In this document: positions 49,483 to 62,473 of the stretch, one piece after another
Position numbering within the stretch: position 1 is the stretch's first letter
Layout: each line of letters opens with the position of its first letter
Assembly: GCA_050575255.1 (NCBI GenBank)
Contig: JBNZDD010013635.1
Span: forward strand, 2,949,356-3,013,355
From: Harriotta raleighana
Lineage: Eukaryota
DNA length: 64,000 nucleotides
Reading direction: 5' to 3'
Notes under the pieces: generated by a model
Database searches by the model: none
The model's input: the letters and a program-made list of their open reading frames with translations, nothing else
What the model was told of the DNA's origin: nothing
Made by a program: the position numbers and the translations under genes

Positions 49483-52400
49483 AGCCACATCAGTCATTTT
49501 TCCAATGGGCACATGAAATCAGCAACATTGCTCACCAGCCTCCATCAATAACGCATTCTTATATTTTTGGATAATAAACATGTCCGACACGTATAAATAG
49601 ATGAAACGTATCTGCCTGCTGTGAGCGCAAACAACTACCATCAAATGGATTGAAGCTAATTGCTCAGGAACTTTACATACTCACACAAAACAAACCAGCA
49701 AAGAAAATGACAGATAAGTACATCCATATTTGTCAGCTTTTAAGAGCATTGACTCAGTTCAAACACTAGCTGTTAGGAAGTTCCTGACTTTTCAATAACA
49801 AAAACAAACTAAAATCCTTGGCACTTTACAATTGTTATGGTGTTGAGCATAAGGTCAGTGATAGCATAGTGCAATAGGTCCTCCTTTTCTTTGAGCTAGA
49901 TTAACAAGTTCTATAAACCTCGAACAAAACATTACTGCTAAACATTTTTACTGCCTGCAACATTACTATGTCTTTGAGGAAGATCATAAATGTCCTAAAG
50001 CGGTTTTGAGTTACGGGTAGTTTCATGCGATAGACTTCCATTCACAAGGGATCTATTTCACTCAGAATTCAGTGCGGTCACCACACAGAGCAGACGTTGA
50101 TATTTCTATTTGGGAACACAGATCTCAGAAGTAGAAGCTTAATGTGTTTGAGTGCATTAACTCAACCAGTCTCCAAACCCTTGTGACAACCCCTGCTGAG
50201 AAATGAATGCCAAACAGCCCTGGAACCTTGGAACCTGTGACAAGCGAATTATTAGACTTGCATCTTATTGACTTCAGAGCCAGCAGTACAGCAATTCAGT
50301 TTTCTGGAGAAAGTTGGAGCTAGTTGATTGGGGGCATTGTGCAGATTATACAGTCATTAATTCAAAAATCTAACCAGCATAGACTGACAAAAAGTGATGT
50401 GGTATTGTCCTTTTAATGGTTTCAATGTCTGACACTGCAACTTCAGAATTTAAAAGAGAACCTCATGCATAGTAATATTTTTTTCCTTATCTCCTCTGGT
50501 ATTGTAAATAAAGCTTTAATTTGATTTTCTCATGATTCCCCTTTGTCCTTTACTCTACAGACTTGGTTGTGAGGGCTGAGAGGGGATTATGTTAATATTT
50601 ATGAATGCTTGTCAGTTTATTACATTCCGCCATCATTTGAATGACAAAGACCACTGCAATTGATGGCATGTCCAGGGCTGCGCTTCCCATTTATTATATT
50701 TATTATTCATTATATCATGTTAAAAGTTCACTTGTTAAACAGTGCAACGTTTATTTGTTTTTCTTGTATAATTATGTTGGGAACTGGCTTGATGCGTGTC
50801 GTGGCATGGTCTCCCATTTACAGCAACAGCCTGAAGTTCTTGTTCAGCGGCTGAACAGTAGGATTCCAAGGTCTGTTTTGTTCTTCTAGACTTCGGGATA
50901 CATCGAGCAACTAAAAATAATCAAATCTCAAAAGATATTGCAACAGGAATTGATGTTTGGATTTATTCAAGCCTGATTCAGTCTGGAGACCTTGGGAATT
51001 TTTTGAATCTGGAGCCAAAGCTGGGTGGGAGAAGTAAAACGCAAACATATTGCCAAAAGACTGCAGGACATTGACTTAATGAGCACTACTGCTTCCCCGT
51101 TAGATAACCAGGAACTGGAAACATAACCACCACCGATTAGGCATTAAATCCATACCTTACCATTAACCTGAAAGGTGTTGAAAGTATCATGTACCAATAT
51201 ACATCTGGTATCGAATACAAGATCTATTCTGTTATTGATACTATATTCACTAGCATTATGCACAGCCAGGTATTTAATTTAGACTTCACTATTATAGTGG
51301 GCATAATCATATTTGGCTGAACAGCCTCCTTCTGTTCCTTTATTACTAGATTCTGAAATTGTTGTATGTAACGCTTACCATTTCAAATATTCTACTAGGC
51401 TTCAGTAGGCCATCAATAACAATAATAATAGTAATAATTATCGTTGGATTTGATATAGTGCCTTACACATTGCAATGACGTTTCAAACTATTTCGTAGGA
51501 TTTGTTGTAGAGTGGCTATGTATTTGTAGACGATTAGAAAAGACTCAATGTGTTAGCACTTGTCTCTCCCAACACTTCACATCCAGCAACTGCAGAACCC
51601 AGTGACGGGTTGCTAATGATCTCCTGAAAGAAGTTAATGGCCGTCATCTGTTAAGTTGAAAGGCCTCACTTTGAAACGCATTTCTACTGTGTAGATGAAA
51701 TGATAAAAGTGAATTAGTGCTCAGTGTTGGTTGCTGCAGGAGTGCTCTGCGTATTAAATGACTGAGCAATTGTGATGGAGTACTGCTCTGAATAAAGACC
51801 AAAGACACATCGCAAAATATCAGTACAAACTCAAGCAACTATAATTCAGCACAAAGTGTCCCACATTCAACTGACAGTGAAATATGGAATTGTTCCTTCG
51901 TTAAATTAATGCGGTAACGTAAATGATGGAAGGATGCATTCTGACACATACTATATTGTCCCAATATTGAAGCAAACTGACTTGCTCACATCTCAAGTGA
52001 TATCTGGGCCCAGGTTAAAGCACAGGTTGAGCCCAGTACATTAGAGTTTGCTTACTTTAATAATGCTGATTTGTGGGTGATTTAAAGCTTAAGAACGTAA
52101 AGTAAACATGAAAAGGGCTTTTTGGACCCTTAAGCCCATTCCATACATAAACCACGCAAAGGCTACCATACAATAGACTTCATCCTCACCCATATTATAG
52201 CCTGAGGGCAGATTCTGCAGATACCTCCTAGTTTGCTTGTTTGCAGGTTTACTAACAAAATGGGAAGAAAACTCTGGTTCTCTTCACTAGGGTTTTTGTG
52301 GCTGTCTGATCTTTGGAAACAAAAATAGAAAAGAGTAATTTCAGATTGAAATTCTAGCATGCTGTGTATGTATCCACCTCCCCCCCACACCCCCCCGATA

Positions 52401-52867
52401 TTATATTCATGCTGCCAAAGATCATAGTGTGACTGACTGACATTATCCGAGGGACCAAATGCTGCAGTTTGCTGGAGACCAAGAAACCCAGAAAAAAAAC
52501 TATCAGATTACTTCTTGTCACTGCCTCCAGGCACAGCTTCTTACATTTATCATCACTTTCTGCTTTTTGTAGCTAAGGCAATTTTCAATCCAGCTGACAA
52601 ACTTGCCTTCACGAGATTCAACCTTTTTTATATATAAAAAAAAGTCTTATACTGTATGTGGAACTTTATCAAAACTCATCCATAATCTCAGCGAGGTTGA
52701 ATGTAATTCACCTTTTCTTATTCTTGACAGCCTTATCTTTTCTAATTACAAGAGCGTCACTGTGAAATGTTTGGCAAAGAATCACGTGACATAAACTCCT
52801 TCCCAGCTTTAATTGTAAAGTGTTACCATGACATATGGAATCCACTTAAACCCTTGAGCCAGTATGG

Positions 52868-53630
52868 AAGAGGCAACGAGGATGATTCTTGGTGTTAGAG
52901 AGTTGAATTATGAGGTAGAATTAAATGAGATAGGTCTAGTCTTGAAAATCGATGACTCAGAGCACATCTTATAGAAGTTTGAGATCAGAAACTTTCTCAA
53001 CCTCTAACTGAGATTGAGAAAGTAAACCTGGAAAAATATTTATGTTGGTCAGCTAGGTGTTGAGTGTATATGAGAACCCATACTTTAGAGTATCCAATCT
53101 GGAAGGAGTGTCACCTACAAAGACACATTTCCTTGCGTCTAAAACAGAATAGGCTCTCTCTCTTCCACTTACTAATTCCAAATAGGACAGCAAACTCTTG
53201 GAGAATCTAGAGTGTTTATAGGGGTACTGCTGAACCAGCTAAAATTCCATAACTTGCCATTGAGAGCCATATCTGGCAAGCTTCCCACCCTCCAGCACAC
53301 TACCCTCCTGTAGGGCTTTTTCTTTAAGGTTAATCAAAGAAGAGTAGGAAAATTGCCTAATCCCTTGTAGCAATACTTTCAGATGCATCAAGGTAGCAGG
53401 CCAAAAGATTCCAGGTTCAGAGTTGTGAAGAGTAATTTTAGGACTGACACGGCAAGTTTTATTTCCCCATCCAGGGAGTGATTAATGGCTGGAATAGATT
53501 ACCAGTAAGTGTGATTTAGAAGCCAAGTTGCTGGACTCGTTAGTAATGGTTTGATGATGCAATGGGACAACAATATGATTAATATTCTGTAAAAATGAGA
53601 TCAAATGGGACGAAACATCTCTTGTCATGT
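52868..53630 (+). mobile_element. old CR1 ORF2 end/3' UTR split by a ~370-bp insertion
   Basis: aagaggcaacgaggatgatt (RRATRMI)...cttatagaagtt (LIEV). Resumes at ~53410 with tttaggactgac...tggaatagattacca (WNRLP). Confidence 0.6.
53041..53262 (-). repeat. unnamed interspersed repeat, copy D (inside CR1)
   Basis: Reverse complement aatggcaagttatgg...agcagtacccc..acactct...tggaattagtaag...ttggatactctaaa...acacctagctgacc is collinear with 35008-35270. Confidence 0.7.
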
Positions 53631-55317
53631 GTGATGAAGGGTTCAAACCTAAAACTTTGTTGGTCTATAAATGACTCAGTAACACAAGAGATGGTTGATT
53701 TTTTTCACCGACTGAGCTATCTAACGTTTACAATTTGTACCACGCTGGTGACAGTAGGATCATGCGTATAGTTTGGAGTAAAGCTCTGATCATTATTTGC
53801 TGTTGGGAACGAGACTGCTGCTATTGTTAATCTGCTGTTGCACAACATTCATTTTCTGGTTGAACAATCCTCATTTCCCAGGTTACCAAAATAAATCAAT
53901 AATTGTGTACAATTAACAAAATAATATTACACACTCAATTTCCAGAGATGCCTTGGAACGAGACCGCTGCATTGCATTGGTTGATTAACTGAGCAACATG
54001 TTTAAAGTGGATTTTGTTCAAGTGTTTTCACCTAACGTAGAAGCGAGAGGGTTATTGCCCATTCAACGAGGTTGGAGTGAAGGACTGCAATAGAGATATA
54101 ATTATTGAAAATTACGCAATTAATTGTGATAAACGGTACTAAACAGTGCAACTGAAATGAAAATCAATTGATAATGGCATTGAATGATTTGTCTCATCAG
54201 GTTTTTGGACTGCAATAATTCACATCATGCTACAAATTCACAAGTCATAACTGCTAACAAATATACAAGATTAGGTTAATTTAATTTTTTTAAAAAAAAA
54301 TTTCAGCGCCTGGGACGTTCTCCCACTGTGAAATGTACTTTTGTTATTTTTCTTGTTCTCTTCCCTTCTCCCTTCCTTTATGGTGTGATTCATGCCAAAA
54401 CAAGGTTCCATGATGCTGATCACCTTCTGGTACCTGAAACAAGTGGACATTATTTATGTGTGATCTTCGATGAGTAACACATTTCCCTAGAGAGAGTTAC
54501 AGCACTTATCCTAAGATGTGTTTCAAATCTCCAAGATGCTACCCCGTGTGAAGGGAGCTTCATAAGTTGTTGTTTTTCAACATGTCATAAAAGCACAATT
54601 ATTTTTTCCTCTAACGGTATAATTTGTGCTAAACAGCGATACATTTTCCTGACCATTAAAAAAAATGTATGTTTCCTTCATTCTTGGGATGGATCAGGGT
54701 GACGCACATGTTAATTACTGGCATCTACAGCTGAGCACATGCAAATTGGTACTCAGTTAATTCAGCCTAATACCAGTTTGGCTTCCATCAGTTCAATACA
54801 AAAGCAATTTAGTGCAATGATTTCAACTCCATTCTCATAGTTTATGTTACCTGAAACCTCCCGATTGCATTACTGACTGGCAATGTATAATGCAAGTAAC
54901 AGCTCACTACCGCAACATACACTCTTGTTGTTTTGAGTGATATACAGTACTAACACTTCTGACAGTGTAACATACATTGTTTATAGCTTCTTCACTAACA
55001 AAGAGATTGTATAAATCTGACTGTGATTCACCCCTCTCTGCAATATGTTTTATTTATTGATCCCAAAGGCAATGCTACAGGGAACAGATGTGTCTGTTGC
55101 TCCAAACACATCATTACAAAAAGCAACAGCAAGGTTCGGTGAGGCGCTCAAACGTTTAATGGATCCAGTCATTGATATTTTTCTTATCCAAATAAGAGTT
55201 AAGTCTCAGTTAAAACCATATTACTTCGGAAACAAAAATCAATAAAAGGTCAACCCTGGCCTTTGCTCAGCTCTGCCGCAGTTGCTGATCCATTCACAGT
55301 TGCTCTATCACCATCCT

Positions 55318-55331
55318 CCACCAGGGGACGC
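55318..55331 (+). promoter_or_regulatory. CTCF-like motif
   Basis: CCACCAGGGGACGC, 1 mismatch to CCACCAGGGGGCGC. Confidence 0.3.
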
Positions 55332-55854
55332 CATGTCACCTCAGTTTTGCTGACGCACACTCTTCACAGTATCTTAGCTGGTCAAGGCATTCTTCCACCA
55401 CGGATATTTTTCGATGCTGACTCCCATTATTCTCAAAGTACTTTCCCTATTTAGAGGGTGGTCATGAACACAGCCGGCTGGATTAATCTCAGTACCAGAA
55501 CAGAGAACCCTCCGAAAGCAATGTCGGCTGAGCTGAGAAACCAAAGGCCTTTCCCGACAATACATTTTAACAGGATTCCGTGCACGTCCTGAAAGATCCA
55601 GAATTAGGCGGTGCTGCAGTATAGTGAGACATATTTGGCTGATGGGCATTTGATAATACTGTACAGAGGATCTGGATGTTCATTACATCCTATATTCTCT
55701 CTGTAATGATTTTTTTCAATCAACATTTGATGTTCTACATGGAATTATAAAAATCATTGTACAAAAGGAGGCTGTTCAGTTCACTCAGCCTATGCAGGTC
55801 CCAGTTTTCTCACTGGAGAGAACTAAAATTTGCTGCTTCTTCCCAATACAGATT

Positions 55855-56025
55855 GATAATGATAATAATTCTTGCCCTGATATCGTGCAGTATCATGTCT
55901 TTGAGATGTTTCAATGCGCTTCCCCAATTACATTGTATATTTTGTGTGCAAATAGCAGCAACCAATTGTGCACAGCAGTGTCACACCATGTCACATAAAC
56001 AGTCATGGATTGAATGACCAATTTT
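55855..56025 (-). mobile_element. SINE 3' half
   Basis: caattgtgcacagcagtgtc...aaacagtcatggattgaatgaccaattt. Confidence 0.7.
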
Positions 56026-56996
56026 TAAAAAAAGATTAAAATTTATAAATTGTAGTTATATGTTTTTCCAGTTTTCTTTTAAATGCTATTGACTCAATTG
56101 TCACTGGTGGCTAAAAAAAACCTCTGTGTTCTAACAATGCTCTGTGAGAAACTTTTTTGTAACCTAACCCTCAATTTTGTTAAACATCTAGGATAGACCT
56201 GCTGCATGTTGTTGCACAATCCTCAGACGCCAGTGTAGTCTGATCTTTCTGAAGGGAGTGCTCTCCAATGTACAAACATTTGAGTGAGTTATATAAATAT
56301 TACATCATACCCACAAATTAGCCTCAGGTTAGGAGACCACCATGACTGAAAAGAAAGGCGCTCATTATAGTTATGATGTACAGGCCTTTGAAAGTGTTTC
56401 ATTGTCTGTGTATGCAAGAAACACACTTATTTTATACATCCATGAATTTTATTGGGGGCAATTTCTTCTGCAGAGGGAACAAACCACACGAACATTGATC
56501 ATCAAACCAACACATTTTGTTGTTATGTGGTCTCGTATGATGAGATATCCCAGAGAGGGTGACAGGTTGGTTTTGAGACAATTTCCTTTCAGTGACAGCC
56601 CCTACTTTAAGTCTGAATCTCACTATTGGGGTAGAAGTAAGTTTGCCACTGTCAGAATTCTGTACAAAAAGTCAACAATACAGGAAGAGCATCTCTACTG
56701 TAGTTTCAAAGGGAAATAAAATCCACATCTAGTGGATTTGTGAACTCCCTTTGAGGATTCAGAACAAAATATTGTTTTAAAGTATTGTTCCAGCACAGTG
56801 AGAATCCTTAGTATAATGTGTGATCTGGGACTTTCCTCCATTCTATGCCCTGAATAGTGTTAGTAATGTCTGTGATGGGTGGAGGTGGTGGGAGGTGAGG
56901 GGGAACCAGGTCTGTTAAACTCACTCTGGGTATTCCTGAAGCAAACTTAGAAAAGCTCTACAATGAGGATCCTTGCTATCTGAAATTATAGTATTA

Positions 56997-57490
56997 CAGT
57001 AAAAGCCTGTTCATCTGGCACCTGTGGGATCTGGCCTATGCCGGTTAAACGATCGGATCCGACCCAACACAAAAAAAAACTTATTTTAACACATACCATA
57101 TTAATAATAGACTAAATAATAACAGATAATAACAGAATATTGTATGGTACTTTATTATAAATGTTGTACACTGTACCATATAAATAATAGATTAAATACA
57201 GTAAAACAGATACTGTAATAACAGAATATTGTATGGGTACTTTATTATTTATACATAACTTCTGCAATGGCGGACACCTCGTGAGGGAAAAAAACAGCAG
57301 CATGACATAAGGCTCTACTAGCGGCAAGCCGAAATACCTGTTCAGTACTCTTGTGCGACAATCAATTCATTAAATGCGCCACCGCTATTCTGCCGGATAA
57401 CATCCAGTTAATCGAATGGGAACTTTTTTTTTTACGTTCCGTTTATACGGAGGTTCTGGTTGATCGAGACAGATAAACTGGCTTTCACTG
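56997..57490. mobile_element. Tigger/pogo-like MITE with internal ~70-80 bp tandem duplication
   Basis: TIR CAGTAAAAGCCTGTTCATCTGGCAC vs CAGTGAAAGCCAGTTTATCTGTCTC, TA flanks. 57094-57156 resembles 57174-57248. Confidence 0.8.
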
Positions 57491-58687
57491 TACTAATATT
57501 TCTTAAATTTGATATAGCTCCAGATTTGAACTCAGGATTGACCCACATTGAATAATCCAAACTATCCCAACAGTAGGGATTGTCTCAATTGTCTCAACAA
57601 TCATTGGCAAAGGAAGAGAAAAAGGAAGTTCCTACTCCTGATCAGAATCCAGTGATCAGTGATGTTTGAAAGTGTAGTTTTGGGGTGAAGACAGAATAGC
57701 ATTTGGTTCTAATATCCCCTTGGACACGAAGCTTGCTGACATTCACTACCCCAACCACTGGATCAGGCAACAGAAGAAATTCAGCAATCGAACATAGACT
57801 TCAGGTGAAGATGACATAAGTGGGAGGTGCAGAAAGAGTGGGAATGGGGTAAGGTGCAAACGACATACATTCCTATTTTTTCTGTTCCAAGTCAATCAGC
57901 CAGTGTACTGAGCTATTTCACAATGGGACTCTTGGTTATGACTGTCAATTGAATCTATTTCTCATCATAAGTAATATTTTTCATTTTATGCCCCATTTAG
58001 ATTTTGTGACATTACTTGCCAACTTCAGCTTTCTAATTTCAGTACTGCTTGTAAATTGAGGTACTGTACATTGCAGGGAATCCAATGGATATTCCAGACT
58101 GGAAATGTGTCTTTTAAACTGCCTATTTCTACAATAAATTCAAGAAATTTAAGAAGCTTTCCAAAGCAAATGTGTTTGCAGATGATAGAAGTTCAAAGCA
58201 AGTGAAGCATTGTGCCAGAAATTGGCTTCAGAGAGCTACAACTGTACTAAGGGAAGAAATATCATCCATTTCAATGTTAATCAGCAACATCAAAGTGAAA
58301 GTTTAATATTCCCCAGCATCATCAAGGAACAATGTACGAGGCATCAGATAATTAAATTAAGGAATGATCTGAATAGGAGGCAGTTCTAATCATGATATGT
58401 TAGAAAGGATGATGGACTATCAGCAAGACCAGCAAGCCCTATTTAAACGGCAATGAAAATGTTGACTGGATGCATAATTTTGCCACATTCTACGTCAGTG
58501 TATTCTGGATGTGTTTTTGCCTGTAAATATACAACCTTTGCATTTGGCAACAATTCTCTGTGAAGGGCTTTGAGATTTGGTGTTATCCGCACTGCATTCA
58601 ATGCAAGGATTATAATTGCATGGTGGAAACCATGCCCATTGCTGGGTGAGAAAGACTTCTGGTATCTCAGCCACATTCATTCATTCA

Positions 58688-59104
58688 TTCACTTTCAAGG
58701 CCATTCACGGCCTTGCCCCCACCTATCTCTCTGACCTGCTGTCTCCCGATCAGCCTGCCCGCACCCTCCATTCAGCAGACTCAGGCCTGCTCTGCGTCCA
58801 CCGCCCTAACTGCCCAACCATCGGTGGCCGGGCTTTCAGCCTCTCTGCCCCCACACTATAGAACTCCATCCCGCAGTCCCTCTGCCTTGCTGCCTCCCTT
58901 TCCTTCTTCAAGGCCGGTCTCAAGACCTTCCTCTTCGACCACGCCTTTGGCTCCCCCACTGACTCTTCCCTCTTTCCCACTCTCCTTCCCCATCCGGCCG
59001 ATCCTCCCCCTGCTCAGGTCCCAACCTTACTGTTCAGCGCTTTGGGACGTCCCTCCCGACGTGAAAGGCGCTATACAAATGTAATTTTGTTGTTGTTATT
59101 GTTG
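58688..59104 (+). mobile_element. 5'-truncated L2 LINE (ORF2 C-terminus, 3' UTR, (GTT)n tail)
   Basis: TFKAIHGLAPTYLSDLL...RTLHSAD..GGRAFSLSAPTL*NSIPQSL..SFFKAGLKTFLFDHAF. Confidence 0.92.
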
Positions 59105-59469
59105 ATGGTTAACCAACACACACACACACACACAACATGCTGTCACTGTTTGTAAACGTAAATGGATGGAAGGACTTTCTCAGCTTTCCTTCTGCAGTGG
59201 GAGTACCTTTTTAGGTCTCTTTGGGTGGGAGCAGCATTTTTTCTCAATTGATTGTTGGATTGATGATGAATATTTCAAACACGTATCAGCAAATATTGAA
59301 ACTTGTGGGAAGTTTCCCACAAATGTGGGAATTTTCCCACATCTGGTCTGCATCTGATGCTAGAACACACAAACTGGCCCAAGCAGGGCCTACATCGCGT
59401 GGCACAGACACCAGTCTCCCATGGCATCCCACCACAACTAAGCTCAAACACGTCTTTATAATCACGGGC

Positions 59470-59940
59470 ATCGGTCTGGCTCAACTGGAGGCACTCACAC
59501 CTCTGGGTTTCTAGGTTCAAATTCCTCATCGGATCTTTGAGCTCATTTCTAGGTTATTATTCTCTAGGAGGGTGCTGCATTGACACAAGTATCTTCTATT
59601 GAATGAAATTTTAAATCATGTTCCCTTCTAGCTGTTCAGATGGACTTTGGCAGTATTTGAAAAGAGAAGGGAATGTTTCTTGGTGCCCGAATAAAAATAA
59701 TCTGCCACTTTTGGTTTTCCAGTGAGGATTGGGATGAGCTTGACTTTGTGGGTGTTTGTGGGATGTTGTTCTGCACAAACTGGCTCCTGCATTCACCTAT
59801 GAATGCACAATCATTAGAATTAATAGAAATGACTGTGATGGAAACTCTACTTTTGGGCGCAACATGTGAAGCATGCTGCCCTATAGGCACCCAATGTTTA
59901 AAAGATGTCAAAAGAGGGCACCTTCAATGGTATTAAAATA
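59470..59940 (+). mobile_element. old DeuSINE
   Basis: tggctcaactgg A-box-like, ggttcaaattcc B box, gagggtgctgcattg, gtttgtgggatgttg. Confidence 0.6.
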
Positions 59941-61097
59941 CATTTGCTCTGACCACCATTTCTGCTAATTCAAATCTACAATGCTGACTTGATTCCTTGC
60001 CAATTTTCTCCCCTGCTCCTCTGGAAAGCAATTAATACCAAATCCCCGATTGTCCAGCACCTGGGAGATCATCCTGACTTGAAAGACGCATTTATTTATG
60101 TTTCTGTTGTACATTCCTGTAGGCCCCAGTCACCCAAGAGATAATCCTTGACGTTAGCTTCAACAATAAGTATTGCAATGGTATTCAATACTGTGCTCCC
60201 AGTCAAGCTCATCCCAGTCTTCACCGGAAAACCCAAATTGTGCATTTACTTGACAGTGATCAAGAATAGGAACCTGGTATTAATCTCACTGACCACAAAT
60301 GAGTACAAACATGACAGATGTATTCACTTACCTACAAAATTAAACCCAATCGCAATGCTTTAAACACACAGAACTCCTTGTGATTTCACTGCTTCCAGCA
60401 CTAATTCAGTTCAGAGCATCTTATCCAGCTGGATACAAACAGATTTCAAACAAACATTTTAGACTTATCTGAACACACCAATTAGCTGCTTTGGAGACAT
60501 CACAAACAGTCTTCAACAATTTTTATATTCATCCATCAATGCTCAGTGCCTCGTCCCAAGCCTGTGTCAAATCTGATTTTTGCTTGAAATTGCTCGCTGC
60601 ATCAAGAATTACTGTAGAGACCTCAGTAGCAAATATAGAATCAGTGCTCTGGGAGATCTGTGACTGTGGAGCAGCATTACCATGGTAACGTATCTTCTAG
60701 GACTTTTTACACACCAACACAACAGGCAGTACAATGCAATCTATTACTAAACATTTGCTATTTTTTAATTTAGGGATGGTTATTCCCCCATCTGCATTTC
60801 CCTCTCCTGAAGGTGACTCCTGCTGGGGCAGTTCCACAGACACTATACCCTCCTTCAAACCAGCTCCTTATGCACAGATAGTCAACATTTAGCCTTCTTT
60901 GGCCATTTATTTAATCTCCCGTGGGACTTTTTGCAAAATGCCTTCCTGTCCCTCAAAGAAACCTCTGAGAAACTTTAGAATATCTCTCCATCTCCATATA
61001 TCTGCCAGTCAACCCTTGGTCTCTGCTTTGTGCGGAGGACATTTCCTTAGCCAAAGCAACACAGGAACCATTGTACTCCATGTGTATCTGACAGTCG

Positions 61098-61312
61098 ACA
61101 ACAACAACAACAAGAAAATTACAGTTGTATAGAGCCTTTCACGTCAGGAGGACATCACAAGGTGCTGGATAATCATTGTTTCAGACCCGAGCTGGGGTCC
61201 AAACATATGCTTAAATCCTGTANTGAAAATTACACTTGTATAGAGCCTTTCATGTCAGGGGGACATCACAAGTTGCAGGATAGTCATTGTTTCAGACCCG
61301 AGCTGGGGTCCA
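61098..61312 (-). mobile_element. L2 3' end (duplicated across N at 61223)
   Basis: (CAA)n tail, cctttcacgtcaggaggacatcacaaggtgctgg. Confidence 0.8.
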
Positions 61313-62473
61313 AACATATGCTTAAATCCTGTAATCATATTTGAACCAGTCATTTAGGGTAGCTTTTTGAAGGAGTTAATGAATACATTTTTTTCCTGGA
61401 GTCTGGGGAAATATATTCTTTATTTTAGATATTAAGCCAAATCAAATTGTTCAGACATGTTCTAACATTGAAGAAGTAAATTTATCAACCTCGGTAGTAC
61501 TGTAGATTACATGTAACATTTATTGACAGTGAATATTACTCCAGATTTAAGCACAAGTTGAAGTGATTTTAATTACAGCAAGTAGCTCATTTAAACTGCT
61601 TGGAGGCAAATGGGAAAACCATGGAGGAAATGACCATAAGCATAGATGGAGCTGAGTACAGGATGGTGAAAAATAGTTCTGGATATTCAAGTTACACTTG
61701 CATGCAGTCCAGTATTTCTTTCTTTATGTCTGGTTGATTTTATCCGAAAGTGGCAGGTAACAACATGAGAAGAGATAGGAACATGGACCTCAGAGGGACC
61801 ATCAAATCAGAACTTGTTGCTCATCTCTAATATTAAGTGCAACAGACTTGGACTATACTGGCTGAGTAAGAGTTTAATCCCTAAAGTAAAATAAATGCTA
61901 ACCATCTGATGATAACTGGCAGTGACTGGCACTGTTGTTGAGAAGTAACCCGCCAACAGTGTTGCTTCCAGCAGTAACTGGCTGCTGGCTTTATTTCTGA
62001 AATGAATTGTTAGGCTCTGGGGATGGTGAAGAGGCAGTAAGTTTAGGAGAAGTATACCATGTTACCATAGCAATAGAAATAGAAAGGAATATCTGTACAT
62101 CCAGCCTGGCTATCGTTTCTGTCCATGTGGTTGAACTCTCTGTACTTTGGTGCTAAACCCAAGATCATTGAAGCTGGAGCAGATATGTAAGTGAAACTTC
62201 TTTTTCCCGACCATCTCACCCATTCCGCTCCTGAAGGCAGTAGTTTATCTTGGGTTGCAGTTCCCAGGAATTCTAGATGGAGTGGGAGTATATTGAAGAG
62301 TCACTCATTTCATGCTTCTCTCTCACACATATACTCCAAGCATGTTGAGAGGTAACATGGATGTAATGCACAATACAGGATAGACACCAGGAAAAGTAAC
62401 CATGCAGAAGGAATTAGTTACATAAGGGTGCTAGCAGCCAGAATGCCAGACTTATTGTGAATTCAATGTCGTA

